From positions 1,024,001 through 1,088,000 of the forward strand of contig CAWDSK010000005.1 of NCBI GenBank assembly GCA_963804995.1: DNA of 64,000 nt. The letters are read 5' to 3'. The stretch is from an uncultured Acidobacteriota bacterium. Its GTDB lineage: Bacteria > Acidobacteriota > Terriglobia > UBA7540. The notes beneath the pieces are model-generated. The model was not told where the DNA came from, made no database searches, and worked only from the letters and a program-made list of their open reading frames with translations. The stretch's first letter is position 1. Each line of letters opens with the position of its first letter. The position numbers were made by a program, and so were the translations under genes. This document shows positions 1 through 9,633 of this stretch, piece by piece.

Positions 1-78
1 CCCGGAAGGGCAGAGCCCTTCCGCACAGCGAACGGCGGAGCCGCTTGCTGTTGTGAAAATTGGTGCACCGAACGCAGC

Positions 79-182
79 TTGGAGTGCGGTAGCAGCAGCT
101 ACCGCCCTTCTTCTTCCGCGCCTTGCCTATTTGCCGTCTAGAGTGAAGGCGGAAGGCGGTAGCTGCTGCTATCGCACTCCAA
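79..182. repeat. REP-like inverted repeat pair (TTGGAGTGCGG...GCACTCCAA)
   Basis: 79-106 TTGGAGTGCGGTAGCAGCAGCTACCGCC is nearly the reverse complement of 155-182; a related pair lies at ~6020-6110. Confidence 0.75.
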
Positions 183-661
183 GGGGCGGCGCCAAGCATT
201 ACCAGGACGCCATTTCTTCACTTCGAATAGTCGCAATTCTTTCGATTCCGAAGTCAATACCGCGACGTACGATTTGGGTTACCAGCAGCCCAATAATGCA
301 TGAAAGGGCGACTAATTGTCACTGATTCCTCTGTTGACAGCGGTCCGATGCCCGATTGTTGCACATGGACGTCCGCCGCGACCTGTGAAGTCCCGGCCTT
401 CCCAATTGCCTTGAAATCCTATATTAGACCAACTACCCGATTCACAAAGACGAATCACAAAAAACCTTGACAACCACCCCATAAATCATGTATCAATGGC
501 GCATAATTGTAGGATAGGTCGGATAATTTAGGACAAGGTGATTGGCGGTTAGCAAAAGGAAGTCTGCTTGCGGCAATTGTATTACTAGCATCACTTCACG
601 GCCAACTTTGGTCGTCTGCTCATCAAGCGTCGGGTCCATCTAAATAAATGGAGGCTGATCT

Positions 662-3600
662 ATGCATCGTGAATCTCAGTGTGAGATGAGGCGCCGGGGT
701 ATCTCTCCGGCAGGCGCCATCCTAAACGCGTGCTTGCTGATCCTGGCCGTGGTTTTGTGCTTGCCGGTCGTGGGATTGGCGCAGGATGCGACGCTGGTAG
801 GCGCAGTAACCGATCCCACCGGGGCGGCCGTCCCTTCTGCCAAGGTGGAGGTTTCGAATCCCAGCAAGGCTTACACCCGCGAACTGGTGACGAACTCTGC
901 GGGTGAATACACCGCCGCCGCGATTCCCATCGGCGACTACGTCATCACTACGGAAGCCCCGGGCTTTCAAAAGCTGGTGCGCACCGGAATCACTCTTCAG
1001 GTAGGCCAAACCCTACGCCTGGACCTGCAACTGACTTTAGGCGCGACCACCCAGGAAATCTCCGTCAGCGGCAGCGCCGTGAAAGTTGAAACGGAGAATG
1101 CGACAGTTTCCGATGTAGTCAGCGGCAGCCAGATCCAGGATCTGACCCTGGTGGGGCGCAACTATCAAACGCTCGCCATCCTTACCCCCGGCGGCGCCCC
1201 CGAGGATGGTTGGGACCCGACGAAGCTGGGGCATAACTCCCAAGCCGCCATTTCCTTCAATGGCACCCGCGATTATTACAACAACTTCGAAGTTGAGGGG
1301 GGCCAGAACAACGATACCACCAGTGGCGGCCCCTCACCCGATACCTTTCCCGCCCTTGACTCCATCGCGGAGTTCCGCATTTCCACCTCGGACTACGGGG
1401 CAAACGTCGGCATGCGCGCCGGCGCCAACATCCAGGTGATTACCAAGTCGGGGACCAGGGATTTCCACGGTACCGCCGACGAGTTTGTTCGTAATGACCA
1501 CATGGACGCCAACGACTGGTTCGTGAACCGGCAATTAGCTCCGCCGGGCGGAAACGCACCCAAGACCCCCCTGAAGTGGAATATCTTCGGCTACACTTTC
1601 GGCGGGCCGTTCTACATCCCGGACCATTACAACACCGATAAGTCCAAGACGTTCTTCTTCTGGTCGGAAAGCTGGGCCAAGTACCGGCAGGGGACGATCA
1701 TCTCCAATAATGTGCCCACGCTGCGCATGCGGCAGGGCGATTTCAGTGAATGCGATCCTGTGACCGGCATCCTCGCCGCCTCGTGCAAGGTGCCGGTGGT
1801 GAACGGTGTGCCCACGGAAATGGTTTCCATCGATCCCAATGCCCAAGCCATACTGAGCTCGTTGGTTCCGCTGCCTAACAATGGCATCGATGGTTACTTG
1901 AGGTCGCCCAGCACGCCGACCAACTGGCGGCAGGAACAAATCCGCGTGGACCAGAATATCAACGACAAGACAACGGCGTTCTTCCGGTGGACCCAGGATA
2001 CCTGGGGCCAAAACCTCTTGCCTGCCCTTTGGACGGGTGGCAGCTACGACTCGATCGAGAGCCCTTGGGGGGTCCCGGCCAAGAACGTCGTGTTTCACCT
2101 GACGCGCACGTTCAAGCCCAACCTGATGAACGAGTTCATCTTTGCGTATGGGAATGACCCGCACGTGATTCATGTCACGGCCGGCCCGGGCTCGCCCTCG
2201 GGTTCGATCCTGAAGCCTTCCACCTGGAGCGTGACGCCCATCTTTGCCGCCAACAAGGTCTTGACACCTGCAAATATCCTCCCCGACAACAATGTGAGCG
2301 GTGGGGTGCCGTTTAGCTGGGGCGAGACCTTCGGTCAGGACAACGGCTATACCAACACGCTGGAAACCTTTACCATGAAGGACAATGTTGTGTACACAGT
2401 GGGAAGGCACACCTTAAAGACGGGTGTCTTCGTTCTTTCCTACTATGGTGCCAGCATCCTCAACTACACCGATCCCCAAGGCATTTTCTATTTTACGGGC
2501 GGAGGGTTTCCCGGTTCCACGGGCAACGGGCTCGCGGACATGTACCTGGGCCGCATCACGTCGTACCAGGAAGGGACGCCTTGGAACTACACCAACGGGA
2601 CGGCCCTGGGTGGCTTGGGGCGAGACCGAGAACGCTTTAAGCAGTTCGAGGCTTACTTCCAGGATGATTGGAAGGTCACTCGCCGGCTGACCCTGAATCT
2701 GGGAATGCGCTACAGCCTGAACCAGATGTTTCACAACATCAGAAAAGATCCCATTATCGATGTGGACTTTATTCCCAGCCAGTACGATCCCAGCAAGGCC
2801 GCGCAGGTTGACATCAACGGTAACCTGATTCCCGGCACGGGCCAATTCTACACGACACCCGGGAACGGGCTTGTGGTCTGCGGGCAGGGAGGACTTCCCA
2901 CCGGGTGCATTTGGCCGGATCGTTTCACTTGGCAGCCGCGCTTCGGTTTTGCCTATGACCCCACGGGCAAGGGGAAGACGGCCATTCGTGGAGGATTTGG
3001 GCTCTACCACGACTTGAACGCGCTCCAGGAGACCAGTTCGGAGCAAAACACGGGCGGTCTGCCCGCCGTCCTGAGCCCGATCAACTATAACCTGATCGGG
3101 TATCAGAGCATTGTCCAGGGCCCCTGGCCTGTCACCAGCACCACGGCCTATGCGACCAGAGCTGCCATACCCATGATCATGCAGTACAACGTGACCTTGC
3201 AGCATGAGTTCTCAGGCAATAACTTTCTGAGTGTAGCCTGGGTGGGTACCCTGGGGCGTCATCTGGGATCCGCGCGCGACATCAATCAAATCCCCGATGG
3301 CATTGGGACGGTGAATGCGCCGGCTCTGGCGGGATCGGGAGGATATTGCGATGTTAACGGCAACTGCGACGTGCAGAATACCTTGATCAACCAGCTTCAC
3401 CCGAGTTTCTACTTCCGACACTTCCAAGACTTCAGCAGCGTCCGCTACCTGGAGTACTCGGCCGTTTCCAACTACAACTCCCTCCAAGTCAATTTCCGCC
3501 ATACCACCGGGTATGGTCTTACCTTCCAGGCGGCTTACACGTACTCGCACGCTATGGACACCACCACCAGTTATAACGGGAACCACGGGATAGACAACAT

Positions 3601-4279
3601 GCACCTGCCCCGGTTTTACGCCACGGGCGACAGCAACCGCACTCACGTGCTGATTATGAATTACGTCTACGCCTTGCCGTTCTTCAAGAACTCCACCAGC
3701 GGGTTCCTGCGGAATGGGTTGGGGGGATGGAAGTTCAGCGGGATCACCAGCTTCTACACTGGAGTTCCGCAGGACATCACGTGCGGGGTCAGCGGGTACA
3801 GCTCCGGAATCGGCAGGGGTATCCAGTGCAACACCTTGGGGCCGCTCAAAATCCAGAAGGGTACGCTTAACGATCAGCAGTTTGGCCCCACCAAGACCTG
3901 GTTCAACCCGTCCATGATTGCGCAGCCCCTTATGTCGCAACTTCGCGCCGACGGTGAGTCGGGTATGTTCGGCTACATGGGCCGAAACGTCCTGACGGGC
4001 CCTGGCGTGAACAACTTTGACCTGGCTTTACTGAAGGATTGGCAGACCCCCTGGTTTAAGGGTGAACACTCAACCTTGCAGTTCCGCTTAGAAACGTTCA
4101 ACACCTTCAACCACCCGCAGTGGGTCGGCATTAGTTATGGCTGCAGCAGTTCAACAACGTTTGGCGGTTCGTGCGGTGACAACACAGGCTTGCTCAATTC
4201 CGCTAATTACCAAAACGGCGAAGTTTCATCGGCACGGTCTCCACGCCTCGTGCAGGTGGGGATGAAGTTTAGCTTCTAG
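662..4279 (+). CDS. TonB-dependent receptor, Oar-like, with N-terminal carboxypeptidase-regulatory-like domain
   Basis: 1205 aa; signal peptide; G.VTDPTGAAVP N-domain; C-terminal 'QFRLETFNTFNHPQ...RLVQVGMKFSF' ending in Phe; GGAGG RBS. Confidence 0.93.
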   Translation: MHRESQCEMRRRGISPAGAILNACLLILAVVLCLPVVGLAQDATLVGAVTDPTGAAVPSAKVEVSNPSKAYTRELVTNSAGEYTAAAIPIGDYVITTEAPGFQKLVRTGITLQVGQTLRLDLQLTLGATTQEISVSGSAVKVETENATVSDVVSGSQIQDLTLVGRNYQTLAILTPGGAPEDGWDPTKLGHNSQAAISFNGTRDYYNNFEVEGGQNNDTTSGGPSPDTFPALDSIAEFRISTSDYGANVGMRAGANIQVITKSGTRDFHGTADEFVRNDHMDANDWFVNRQLAPPGGNAPKTPLKWNIFGYTFGGPFYIPDHYNTDKSKTFFFWSESWAKYRQGTIISNNVPTLRMRQGDFSECDPVTGILAASCKVPVVNGVPTEMVSIDPNAQAILSSLVPLPNNGIDGYLRSPSTPTNWRQEQIRVDQNINDKTTAFFRWTQDTWGQNLLPALWTGGSYDSIESPWGVPAKNVVFHLTRTFKPNLMNEFIFAYGNDPHVIHVTAGPGSPSGSILKPSTWSVTPIFAANKVLTPANILPDNNVSGGVPFSWGETFGQDNGYTNTLETFTMKDNVVYTVGRHTLKTGVFVLSYYGASILNYTDPQGIFYFTGGGFPGSTGNGLADMYLGRITSYQEGTPWNYTNGTALGGLGRDRERFKQFEAYFQDDWKVTRRLTLNLGMRYSLNQMFHNIRKDPIIDVDFIPSQYDPSKAAQVDINGNLIPGTGQFYTTPGNGLVVCGQGGLPTGCIWPDRFTWQPRFGFAYDPTGKGKTAIRGGFGLYHDLNALQETSSEQNTGGLPAVLSPINYNLIGYQSIVQGPWPVTSTTAYATRAAIPMIMQYNVTLQHEFSGNNFLSVAWVGTLGRHLGSARDINQIPDGIGTVNAPALAGSGGYCDVNGNCDVQNTLINQLHPSFYFRHFQDFSSVRYLEYSAVSNYNSLQVNFRHTTGYGLTFQAAYTYSHAMDTTTSYNGNHGIDNMHLPRFYATGDSNRTHVLIMNYVYALPFFKNSTSGFLRNGLGGWKFSGITSFYTGVPQDITCGVSGYSSGIGRGIQCNTLGPLKIQKGTLNDQQFGPTKTWFNPSMIAQPLMSQLRADGESGMFGYMGRNVLTGPGVNNFDLALLKDWQTPWFKGEHSTLQFRLETFNTFNHPQWVGISYGCSSSTTFGGSCGDNTGLLNSANYQNGEVSSARSPRLVQVGMKFSF

Positions 4280-4308
4280 TTTTGTTGCTTCGAGAAGTCT
4301 TTCTTGAC

Positions 4309-4346
4309 ACCCCGGGCGCGCTAGTCAGCGCGTCCGGGGTTTTTTT
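4309..4346 (+). terminator. Rho-independent terminator
   Basis: ACCCCGGGCGCGCT-agtc-AGCGCGTCCGGGGT hairpin followed by a T-tract, downstream of the receptor stop. Confidence 0.88.
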
Positions 4347-4383
4347 GTTCCCAATAACTTAGCTTGGAATTCTCACCACGGTT

Positions 4384-4693
4384 CTGGAAGGGCGGGGGTT
4401 GTGGTTTTTGAATTTATAAGTTGTAAACTGTTTCAGCGCCCTGCGGGTGTAAGTAACCCCTCATCCGGCCTCCTACGTCAGCCACCTTCTCCCCTGGGGA
4501 GAAGGCTATTATCTAGGCTGGTTACGGTGCGGCACCTTACCTTGAGTAACCGCCCTCTCCGAGGGGAGAGGGTGGACCGCAGCCGGCGTTTTCATCAGCC
4601 GGGGCGGGACGGGTGAGGGGTCACTTGGGGGTTCGGGGCGTGTGAGAATTCTACAAGTTAGGATTTCAAAAACCATTAGCCCCGCCCTTCCAG
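4384..4693. repeat. MITE-like element with ~45-bp imperfect terminal inverted repeats and internal CCCTCTCC/GGAGAGGG hairpins
   Basis: Left CTGGAAGGGCGGGGGTTGTGGTTTTTGAA versus right TTCAAAAACCATTAGCCCCGCCCTTCCAG; the right half recurs at ~17609-17740. Confidence 0.65.
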
Positions 4694-4809
4694 CCGCTCG
4701 AGGAAAAGGGTTTCACCTGGTTCGAAATCCGGGTCAAGGGTTTAGTGCAGCACGGTTGTTGCGGTCCTGACCGGCTCCGCCGTATGATGGTGCACGAGGG
4801 ATCTGAGGA

Positions 4810-5988
4810 ATGAAGAAAGCGCTCAAGGCAATGGGGCTCGCGTTGGCGGGAGGCCTGTTCATGGTGGCGGCCGGGACTCCGCAGCAGCCCTCACCCGATC
4901 CTAAAACCATCTTCGAGGCAGCCCAACAAGCCCTGGTGGCTCACGATTATCCCAAAGCAGAGCAAGGTTTCCGCGAGGTCATCAGGATTGATCCCCAATC
5001 GGTGGGCGCTTGGTCAAATCTGGGTGTGGTGTACATGCGCCAAGGCAAGTATGACGCCGCCATTGAGTCTTTCAATCATGCCAAAAAGCTGGCGCCACAG
5101 ATGCCCGGGATCGATCTGAATCTGGGTCTTGCCTACTACCACAAACACGACTTCACCAAGGCCATCCCCGTCTTTGAGCGGGTGCTTCGCTCCGACCCCC
5201 AGCATGCGCAGGCGCGCTACCTGCTGGGCATCAGCTACTTTATGGAAGATGATTTTGACCGCACCGTCTCGACGCTCGCGCCTCTCCTGAGCAGCGAGAA
5301 AGAAAATTTGGATTTTCTTTTTGTGCTGGGGATCGCCTATGGAAAGTCCCAACACGAGGAGGAATCACGCCAGACTTTTGCGCAGTTGGTCGAGGCGGGT
5401 GGTGACACGGCGCATATGCACTTGCTGCTGGGCAAGGCATACCTTGATCTCTTTTGGAACTTAAAGGCGGAGACCGAGCTCCAACGCACCGTCGCGCTCG
5501 ACCCCAAGCTGCCCTTCGGTCATTACGACCTCGGTGTGGTTTACGAGCGGGAAGGGAAATTGGACCAAGCCGCCACGGAGTTCAAGCAGGAAATGGAGGT
5601 CATGCCCAGGGAGCCTTGGAGTTATCAAGACCTGGGGACGGTATACCTCGAGCAGGGCAATCCCGATTCTGCCCTTGAGATGTTTCGCAAGGCCCTGGCC
5701 ATCAGCAGCGAACTTCCCGCCTCGCTGGAGGGAATCGGGAAGGCGTACCTGCACAAGGGACAACCCGCCGAAGCTATTCCCTACTTCCAGAAAGCTCTCA
5801 AGTTCCATCCGGACAATTCCAAGCTGCACTTCCAGTTGGGCCAGGCCTATCTGAAGAGCGGGCAGCGGGAGAAGGGACAGCAGGAAATTGCCGAGGCGGA
5901 TAGGCTCAAGGCCCTGGCGCGGAAAAAGCAGGAAGATCAGCTTTCTGGGAAATTGCCAGCTTCCGAAGCCCCCGGCGAAAAGCCGTAG
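4810..5988 (+). CDS. Secreted tetratricopeptide repeat protein
   Basis: Signal peptide and many TPR motifs (AWSNLGVVY, NLGLAYY, HFQLGQAY). Confidence 0.9.
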   Translation: MKKALKAMGLALAGGLFMVAAGTPQQPSPDPKTIFEAAQQALVAHDYPKAEQGFREVIRIDPQSVGAWSNLGVVYMRQGKYDAAIESFNHAKKLAPQMPGIDLNLGLAYYHKHDFTKAIPVFERVLRSDPQHAQARYLLGISYFMEDDFDRTVSTLAPLLSSEKENLDFLFVLGIAYGKSQHEEESRQTFAQLVEAGGDTAHMHLLLGKAYLDLFWNLKAETELQRTVALDPKLPFGHYDLGVVYEREGKLDQAATEFKQEMEVMPREPWSYQDLGTVYLEQGNPDSALEMFRKALAISSELPASLEGIGKAYLHKGQPAEAIPYFQKALKFHPDNSKLHFQLGQAYLKSGQREKGQQEIAEADRLKALARKKQEDQLSGKLPASEAPGEKP

Positions 5989-6019
5989 CCGGGAAAATGC
6001 CGGTTGGTTGTGCTGAAAG

Positions 6020-6110
6020 CGCCTTGGACTGCGGCGGCTCGACGCCGCTTTGAATTAACGCGCAGGGAGAAAACTTAAAGCGGCAGCTTCGCGGCCGCAG
6101 TCCAAAGCGC
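6020..6110. repeat. REP-like inverted repeat pair between convergent genes
   Basis: TTGGACTGCGGC...GCCGCAGTCCAA; same family as 79-182. Confidence 0.7.
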
Positions 6111-6127
6111 TTTGCGCATGTTAAGGA

Positions 6128-7900
6128 TTATCGAAACCGCTCAGTCTTGACGATGCCGCGCCCTTCCTGAACCGTCAGGAACTGGTTGGCCTCCATACTC
6201 CCCACGCGATCGACCGCCCCACTGGGCCATTGGACCTCGAGCTGATCGACCTTGGCAGCCGCGCCGAGGCCGAAGTGCTGACGCAGGTCACTTTGGGAGA
6301 TATAACTCGATCCGCTCATAACTTCCCGAACCTGCCGCCGGCCAGATGCCGTCAGAATTACTCGGGCGCCAATCGCGGAGCGGTTCGAACGCGTGCCCAG
6401 GAGTTTCACACTCAGCCAGTGGTTGCCACTATGATTCTGGTTGCGCAGAAGGGAAGGCGGCTCGCTCTGATTCATGATCAGGACATCCACGTTGCCATCG
6501 TTGTCGAAATCGCCGAAGGCACAGCCGCGGCTGGCGTGAGGTTCGAGAACCGCAGGCCCGCATAAATCCGAGACCTCCTCAAAACTTCCGTTCCCCAGGT
6601 TGCGATAGACCACGCGCTGAGTTTTGAATTTGTAGTTGGGGTCGACCTTCTCGGCTTCGGGATATACCGTTCCGGTCACATGGAAGATGTCCAACCAGCC
6701 GTCGTTATCCAGGTCCACAAAATCGACTCCCCAGCACACGTACTGAGTGTTTACGGCCAAGCCCGCGGCGTAGGTCATGTCGTCGAAAAACTCACCCTTC
6801 AGGTTGCGATACAGGATGGGGGTGTCGTCGCTGAAGTGCGGGAGAAAAATATCCAGGTAGCCATCGCCATCGTAATCTCCCACGGCCACGCCCATGTTGG
6901 ATTGCTCCTGGCCGTCGCTGTTGACTGCCACGCCGGACTCCATGGCGCACTCGGTAAAGGTTCCGTCGTGATTGTTGCGGAACAGCAGGTTGGGAGTCGA
7001 GTCGCAGGCTACAAAGAGGTCGGGCCAGCCGTCGTTATTATAGTCAAACGCGGCGGCAGTCAGGCCATAGCGCTCGCCGGGCTTCAGGATACCGGCTTTC
7101 TCAGTAACTTCCGTAAACGTGCCATCACCGTTGTTATGGTAAAGTGCGCAGAATTCCCCCTTGAGCCCCCGGGGACCACAGTTCACAGGTACACCTTTGT
7201 AGTTGCAGTATCGGGTGGCGCCAGCCACCGGGGCCGTCGCGAGATCGATATCAACGTAGTTGGCCACAAATAAATCCAGATGACCGTCGCGGTCGTAATC
7301 GACGAACGTGCAGCCGGAGCTATAGCGAGGAGCCTTCTGGAGCAGCCCCGCTTTCTCCGTGACATCCGTAAAGGTGCCGTCTCCGTTGTTGTGATAGAGG
7401 ACGTTCTTGCCAAAGTAGGTCAAGAACAGATCGTCGTAGCCGTCGTTGTCGTAGTCGCCGATCGAGACACCGTAACCCCAGCCGGTGTGGTGGAGACCGG
7501 CCTTTTCGGTTACATCCGTGAACGTTCCATCCCGATTATTATGATAAAGGTGATTGGTGGGTTCCTGGCCGGCAGGGAAGCGCTCATGCTTCGTGCCGTT
7601 CACCAGGAAGATGTCGAGCCAGCCATCATGGTCGTAATCGTAGAAGGCGATTCCGCCCGTGTTGGCTTCCACGATGTATTTCTTCACATATTCTTCGCCC
7701 TCAACCAGGGGGACGGTAAGGCTGGCACGCGGCGCGGCGTCGACGAAAGTAACAGGAAAGGGTCTGCCGGAGGACTTGGGTCGTGGGGCCGCGCGCACGC
7801 CGCGCGTGGCCATTCCCTGTGCGGACACGCGTAGCGATCTGGGAGCCAGAAGCCCCGCGGCGCCCAGGGTCTCAAGGAATCTTCGACGCGTCCATATCAT
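6128..7900 (-). CDS. CRTAC1-family protein (FG-GAP/VCBS repeats + ASPIC/UnbV domain), Tat-exported
   Basis: TRRRFL twin-arginine signal; repeated DYDNDG.DLF motifs; C-terminal 'NRSAIGARV...HFGLG' UnbV region. Confidence 0.92.
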   Translation of the reverse strand: MIWTRRRFLETLGAAGLLAPRSLRVSAQGMATRGVRAAPRPKSSGRPFPVTFVDAAPRASLTVPLVEGEEYVKKYIVEANTGGIAFYDYDHDGWLDIFLVNGTKHERFPAGQEPTNHLYHNNRDGTFTDVTEKAGLHHTGWGYGVSIGDYDNDGYDDLFLTYFGKNVLYHNNGDGTFTDVTEKAGLLQKAPRYSSGCTFVDYDRDGHLDLFVANYVDIDLATAPVAGATRYCNYKGVPVNCGPRGLKGEFCALYHNNGDGTFTEVTEKAGILKPGERYGLTAAAFDYNNDGWPDLFVACDSTPNLLFRNNHDGTFTECAMESGVAVNSDGQEQSNMGVAVGDYDGDGYLDIFLPHFSDDTPILYRNLKGEFFDDMTYAAGLAVNTQYVCWGVDFVDLDNDGWLDIFHVTGTVYPEAEKVDPNYKFKTQRVVYRNLGNGSFEEVSDLCGPAVLEPHASRGCAFGDFDNDGNVDVLIMNQSEPPSLLRNQNHSGNHWLSVKLLGTRSNRSAIGARVILTASGRRQVREVMSGSSYISQSDLRQHFGLGAAAKVDQLEVQWPSGAVDRVGSMEANQFLTVQEGRGIVKTERFR

Positions 7901-7912
7901 ATGTTCAGGTTT

Positions 7913-8011
7913 GTGGGGGGACGGCTTGGCACCCCCTTGTCACGTTCTGCCACCGCGCGGCAGGTTGCGTTTTTCTCCCCCGCGGCGAGGGTAGGGCAAG
8001 CCCGACCCCTA
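7913..8011. repeat. REP-like pair (GTAG class, degenerate)
   Basis: GTAGGGCAAGCCCGACCCCTAC at ~7990-8011 with a degenerate inverted partner at ~7913-7935. Confidence 0.45.
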
Positions 8012-8013
8012 CG

Positions 8014-9246
8014 TCAGTGTGGCAATTCCGGAGGCTCGGCGGTTTGCGGTTGTGCGATGCTGCCCGTGATCCCTTGTCGAATGGTCTGACTGACACGGTG
8101 TTGCTGATCGTGGGCCTCACGGTAGAGAGCCAGTTCCTTCTTCGCGTCCGCATCGCGCCCAACCCGCAGATAAGCGAAGGACAACTGATAGTGGGCCACC
8201 TCATTGCCGGGTTCGAGCTTTACGGCCCTTTCGAGTGGGGCCACTGCCTCTGCGGCTTTGCCTCCGGAAACCAGCGACTTGCCCAATCCGATGAGCGCGT
8301 CGGGGAAGTACGGATCAATTTTCACCGCTCGCTCGAAATGCAGGACGGCCTCGTCCCATTTTCGCGCCTCACGCGCCATCTCGCCCAGTTCGTATTCTGA
8401 TCCCGCATCACCCGGATTGATGGTGATCTCGGCCTCAAACTCCTTTCGCGCCTCTTCCAGTGCGGCAGGATTGTGTTCACCGGCGAGCAGCAAACGTCCA
8501 ATGTGGTAGTGAATGCTGGGCACATGAGGTGCGACGGCAAGGATTTTGCGGTATTCGGCAATCGCCTCGGCATTCCTGCCCTGGACCTCCAACACCTCGG
8601 CGTCGATTTGGCGCGCCTGGTAGGAGCTGGGCGCTACCCGCAGCAAACGCTGAGAGGTAAGAGTGGCCAGATCGGAGAAGATCCGTGTGCTCAGGTAAAG
8701 GACATCCGGGTCATTGGCGTAATCCCGGTTCAACCACTGAAGAAAATTAACGGCTCGAAAGGGCTCAAGCGCCGACATGGCACACCGCGCTCCGTCCAAG
8801 CCCATGACCCGTCGAAGTTGTTTATCGCTGAGCGCGGGATAATCTTTCTCGATCAGAGGCAACGCCTCCTTGCACTCTCCCGTCTCCGCCAGGCTGACCT
8901 CCAGAAAGTAACGGGCGGAAGTGAGTGCAGGTTTTAACTTAATAGCTTTGCGGCAGGGAGTAATGGCGTTCGCCGGCCGGCCGATCGAGTAATAGGCCAG
9001 GCAAAGGTCAGCTTGATACTCCGGAACCTCCGGGGCCTGCCGCGTAAGCTTCTCAAGGCCTGGAATGGCCGCGGAAAAATCACCGTGCTGGAGCGCCTCC
9101 ATGGCCACTTTCACCGTTTCGTTTGCGTCTGAGTTTTGTGCCGGGCAGAAGGGGGAAGACTTCGCGGCCGCGGGCGCCAGCATCCCCGCAGCAATCGCGG
9201 TGACAAGTGCACCGATCAAAATCGTGGAGAATAGCTTCACTCGCAT
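8014..9246 (-). CDS. Secreted tetratricopeptide repeat protein
   Basis: TPR motifs throughout; start placed at MRVKLFSTILIG (signal peptide) rather than the ORF-track 9306. Confidence 0.87.
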   Translation of the reverse strand: MRVKLFSTILIGALVTAIAAGMLAPAAAKSSPFCPAQNSDANETVKVAMEALQHGDFSAAIPGLEKLTRQAPEVPEYQADLCLAYYSIGRPANAITPCRKAIKLKPALTSARYFLEVSLAETGECKEALPLIEKDYPALSDKQLRRVMGLDGARCAMSALEPFRAVNFLQWLNRDYANDPDVLYLSTRIFSDLATLTSQRLLRVAPSSYQARQIDAEVLEVQGRNAEAIAEYRKILAVAPHVPSIHYHIGRLLLAGEHNPAALEEARKEFEAEITINPGDAGSEYELGEMAREARKWDEAVLHFERAVKIDPYFPDALIGLGKSLVSGGKAAEAVAPLERAVKLEPGNEVAHYQLSFAYLRVGRDADAKKELALYREAHDQQHRVSQTIRQGITGSIAQPQTAEPPELPH

Positions 9247-9633
9247 GGTTTCTAGTAGATCTTCTTTCACGAATACCAGCAGCTTATCAACAGGCGATGG
9301 AAGCAATCAGCGCAACACGAATCCACCACGTTCCTTCCAGAGTCTACTACATCCCACCCCGCCGCACGCAAACTGAGTTTACGAACTCGATGGGTCGGCG
9401 GCTCGACGCGAGCCTGTTTCTGCTGCGAAGTTCGCATTTTGAGTTCGCTTTTAGGAATCGGATTCACGGTTCGCTATGACTCGTCGCCAAGCACGATTTG
9501 CAAAACGGCGGCGCTTTTGTTAGAAGCTTGTTGCCCTTGTTACTAATGGCCGGGATGAGTTACCTCTTTTGCCTGCTCGACACGCTCTTCACGAATGTGA
9601 GGGCAAGGAGGGTGGCAAGGGAACTTTGTTTTC

